The notes beneath the pieces were generated by a model. The model was not told the DNA's origin. It did no database searches and saw nothing but the letters and a program-made list of their open reading frames with translations. This document shows, one piece after another, positions 45,005 to 45,378 of a DNA stretch of 45,378 nucleotides. Within the stretch, counting starts at the first letter, position 1; each line of letters starts with the position of its first letter. A program made the translations under genes and the position numbers. Origin of the DNA: a virus (Duplodnaviria; Heunggongvirae; Uroviricota; Caudoviricetes; Ackermannviridae); IMG/VR virus record IMGVR_UViG_2974693523_000001, positions 102,803 to 148,180 of that record, one strand, 5' to 3'.

Positions 45005-45378
45005 ATGAAAACATTAATTATCACACTAGCTTCAGTTTTTATTGCAACAGGTTGTGTGTCAACACATGAAGAAAATCTTTTCTTCACAGCTAAAAACAAT
45101 TTTGTTTATCAAGCTGATATTGTTGATGAATGGAAAATTTATGATCGTATTGATTCTGAATTTTCTGGTGATTGCGAGGATTTCTCTTTTACACTTCAGA
45201 AACAAATGGGCGGTGACGTTTATTATGCCTTCATCCCTACAGAAAGCGGTAAACCTTTGGCTCACGCCGTTCTAGTTAAAAATGGCATAGTATATGACAA
45301 TAACATGCCATATCCTATGCCACAGAAACAATGGAATGGAAAATTAGGTTGGATTATGAACCCAACCAATAAGCCAGT
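45005..45378 (+). CDS. Transglutaminase-like cysteine protease lipoprotein (BTLCP/C93-like), 3' truncated by the window
   Basis: MKTLIITLASVFIATG-C lipobox; GDCEDF, HAVL and YDN catalytic-triad motifs; GGGAG SD; frame open to the window end. Confidence 0.75.
   Translation, partial: MKTLIITLASVFIATGCVSTHEENLFFTAKNNFVYQADIVDEWKIYDRIDSEFSGDCEDFSFTLQKQMGGDVYYAFIPTESGKPLAHAVLVKNGIVYDNNMPYPMPQKQWNGKLGWIMNPTNKP

Noticed and set aside
44905-45099. 65-aa N-terminal extension of tail spike B
   Set aside because: It covers the late promoter and the divergent gene. Paralogy with spike A and an SD both place the start at 44904.
1-45378. tRNA genes, group I introns, integrase or IS elements
   Set aside because: No cloverleaf, interrupted gene other than the intein, or transposase/integrase motif was seen by eye. 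A tRNAscan/Infernal run would be needed to exclude them formally.

Overview
This is a 45.4-kb segment of a lytic T4-superfamily myovirus genome, AT-rich and coded mostly on the minus strand. Its gene order resembles Ackermannviridae (gp3-uvsY-exonuclease-uvsW; tail spikes-VrlC-neck; no gp24 after gp23), although the taxon cannot be fixed from sequence alone. Left arm: replication, recombination and nucleotide metabolism (gp41 5' end, gp40, UvsX, dimeric dUTPase, dNMP kinase, HAD nucleotidase, gp43), an unusual 685-aa RpoD-like sigma factor with a C-terminal HTH extension, HU, a structured AT-rich intergenic element, UvsW, an exonuclease, UvsY and gp3. Middle: an accessory island with a lipoprotein, a holin/i-spanin/o-spanin cassette, small plus-strand genes, and a Hef-like nuclease carrying a Mom-like GNAT domain. 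Right arm: the late structural block gp23-22-21-68-67-(DUF5675)-20-19-18-17 (with a mini-intein)-16-15-14-13, then VrlC, two paralogous SGNH-esterase tail spike/fibre genes, and a divergent cysteine-protease-like lipoprotein. A late promoter motif CTA(A/T)ATA was found at 11 gene starts. All family assignments come from motif recognition by eye; no database search was run.
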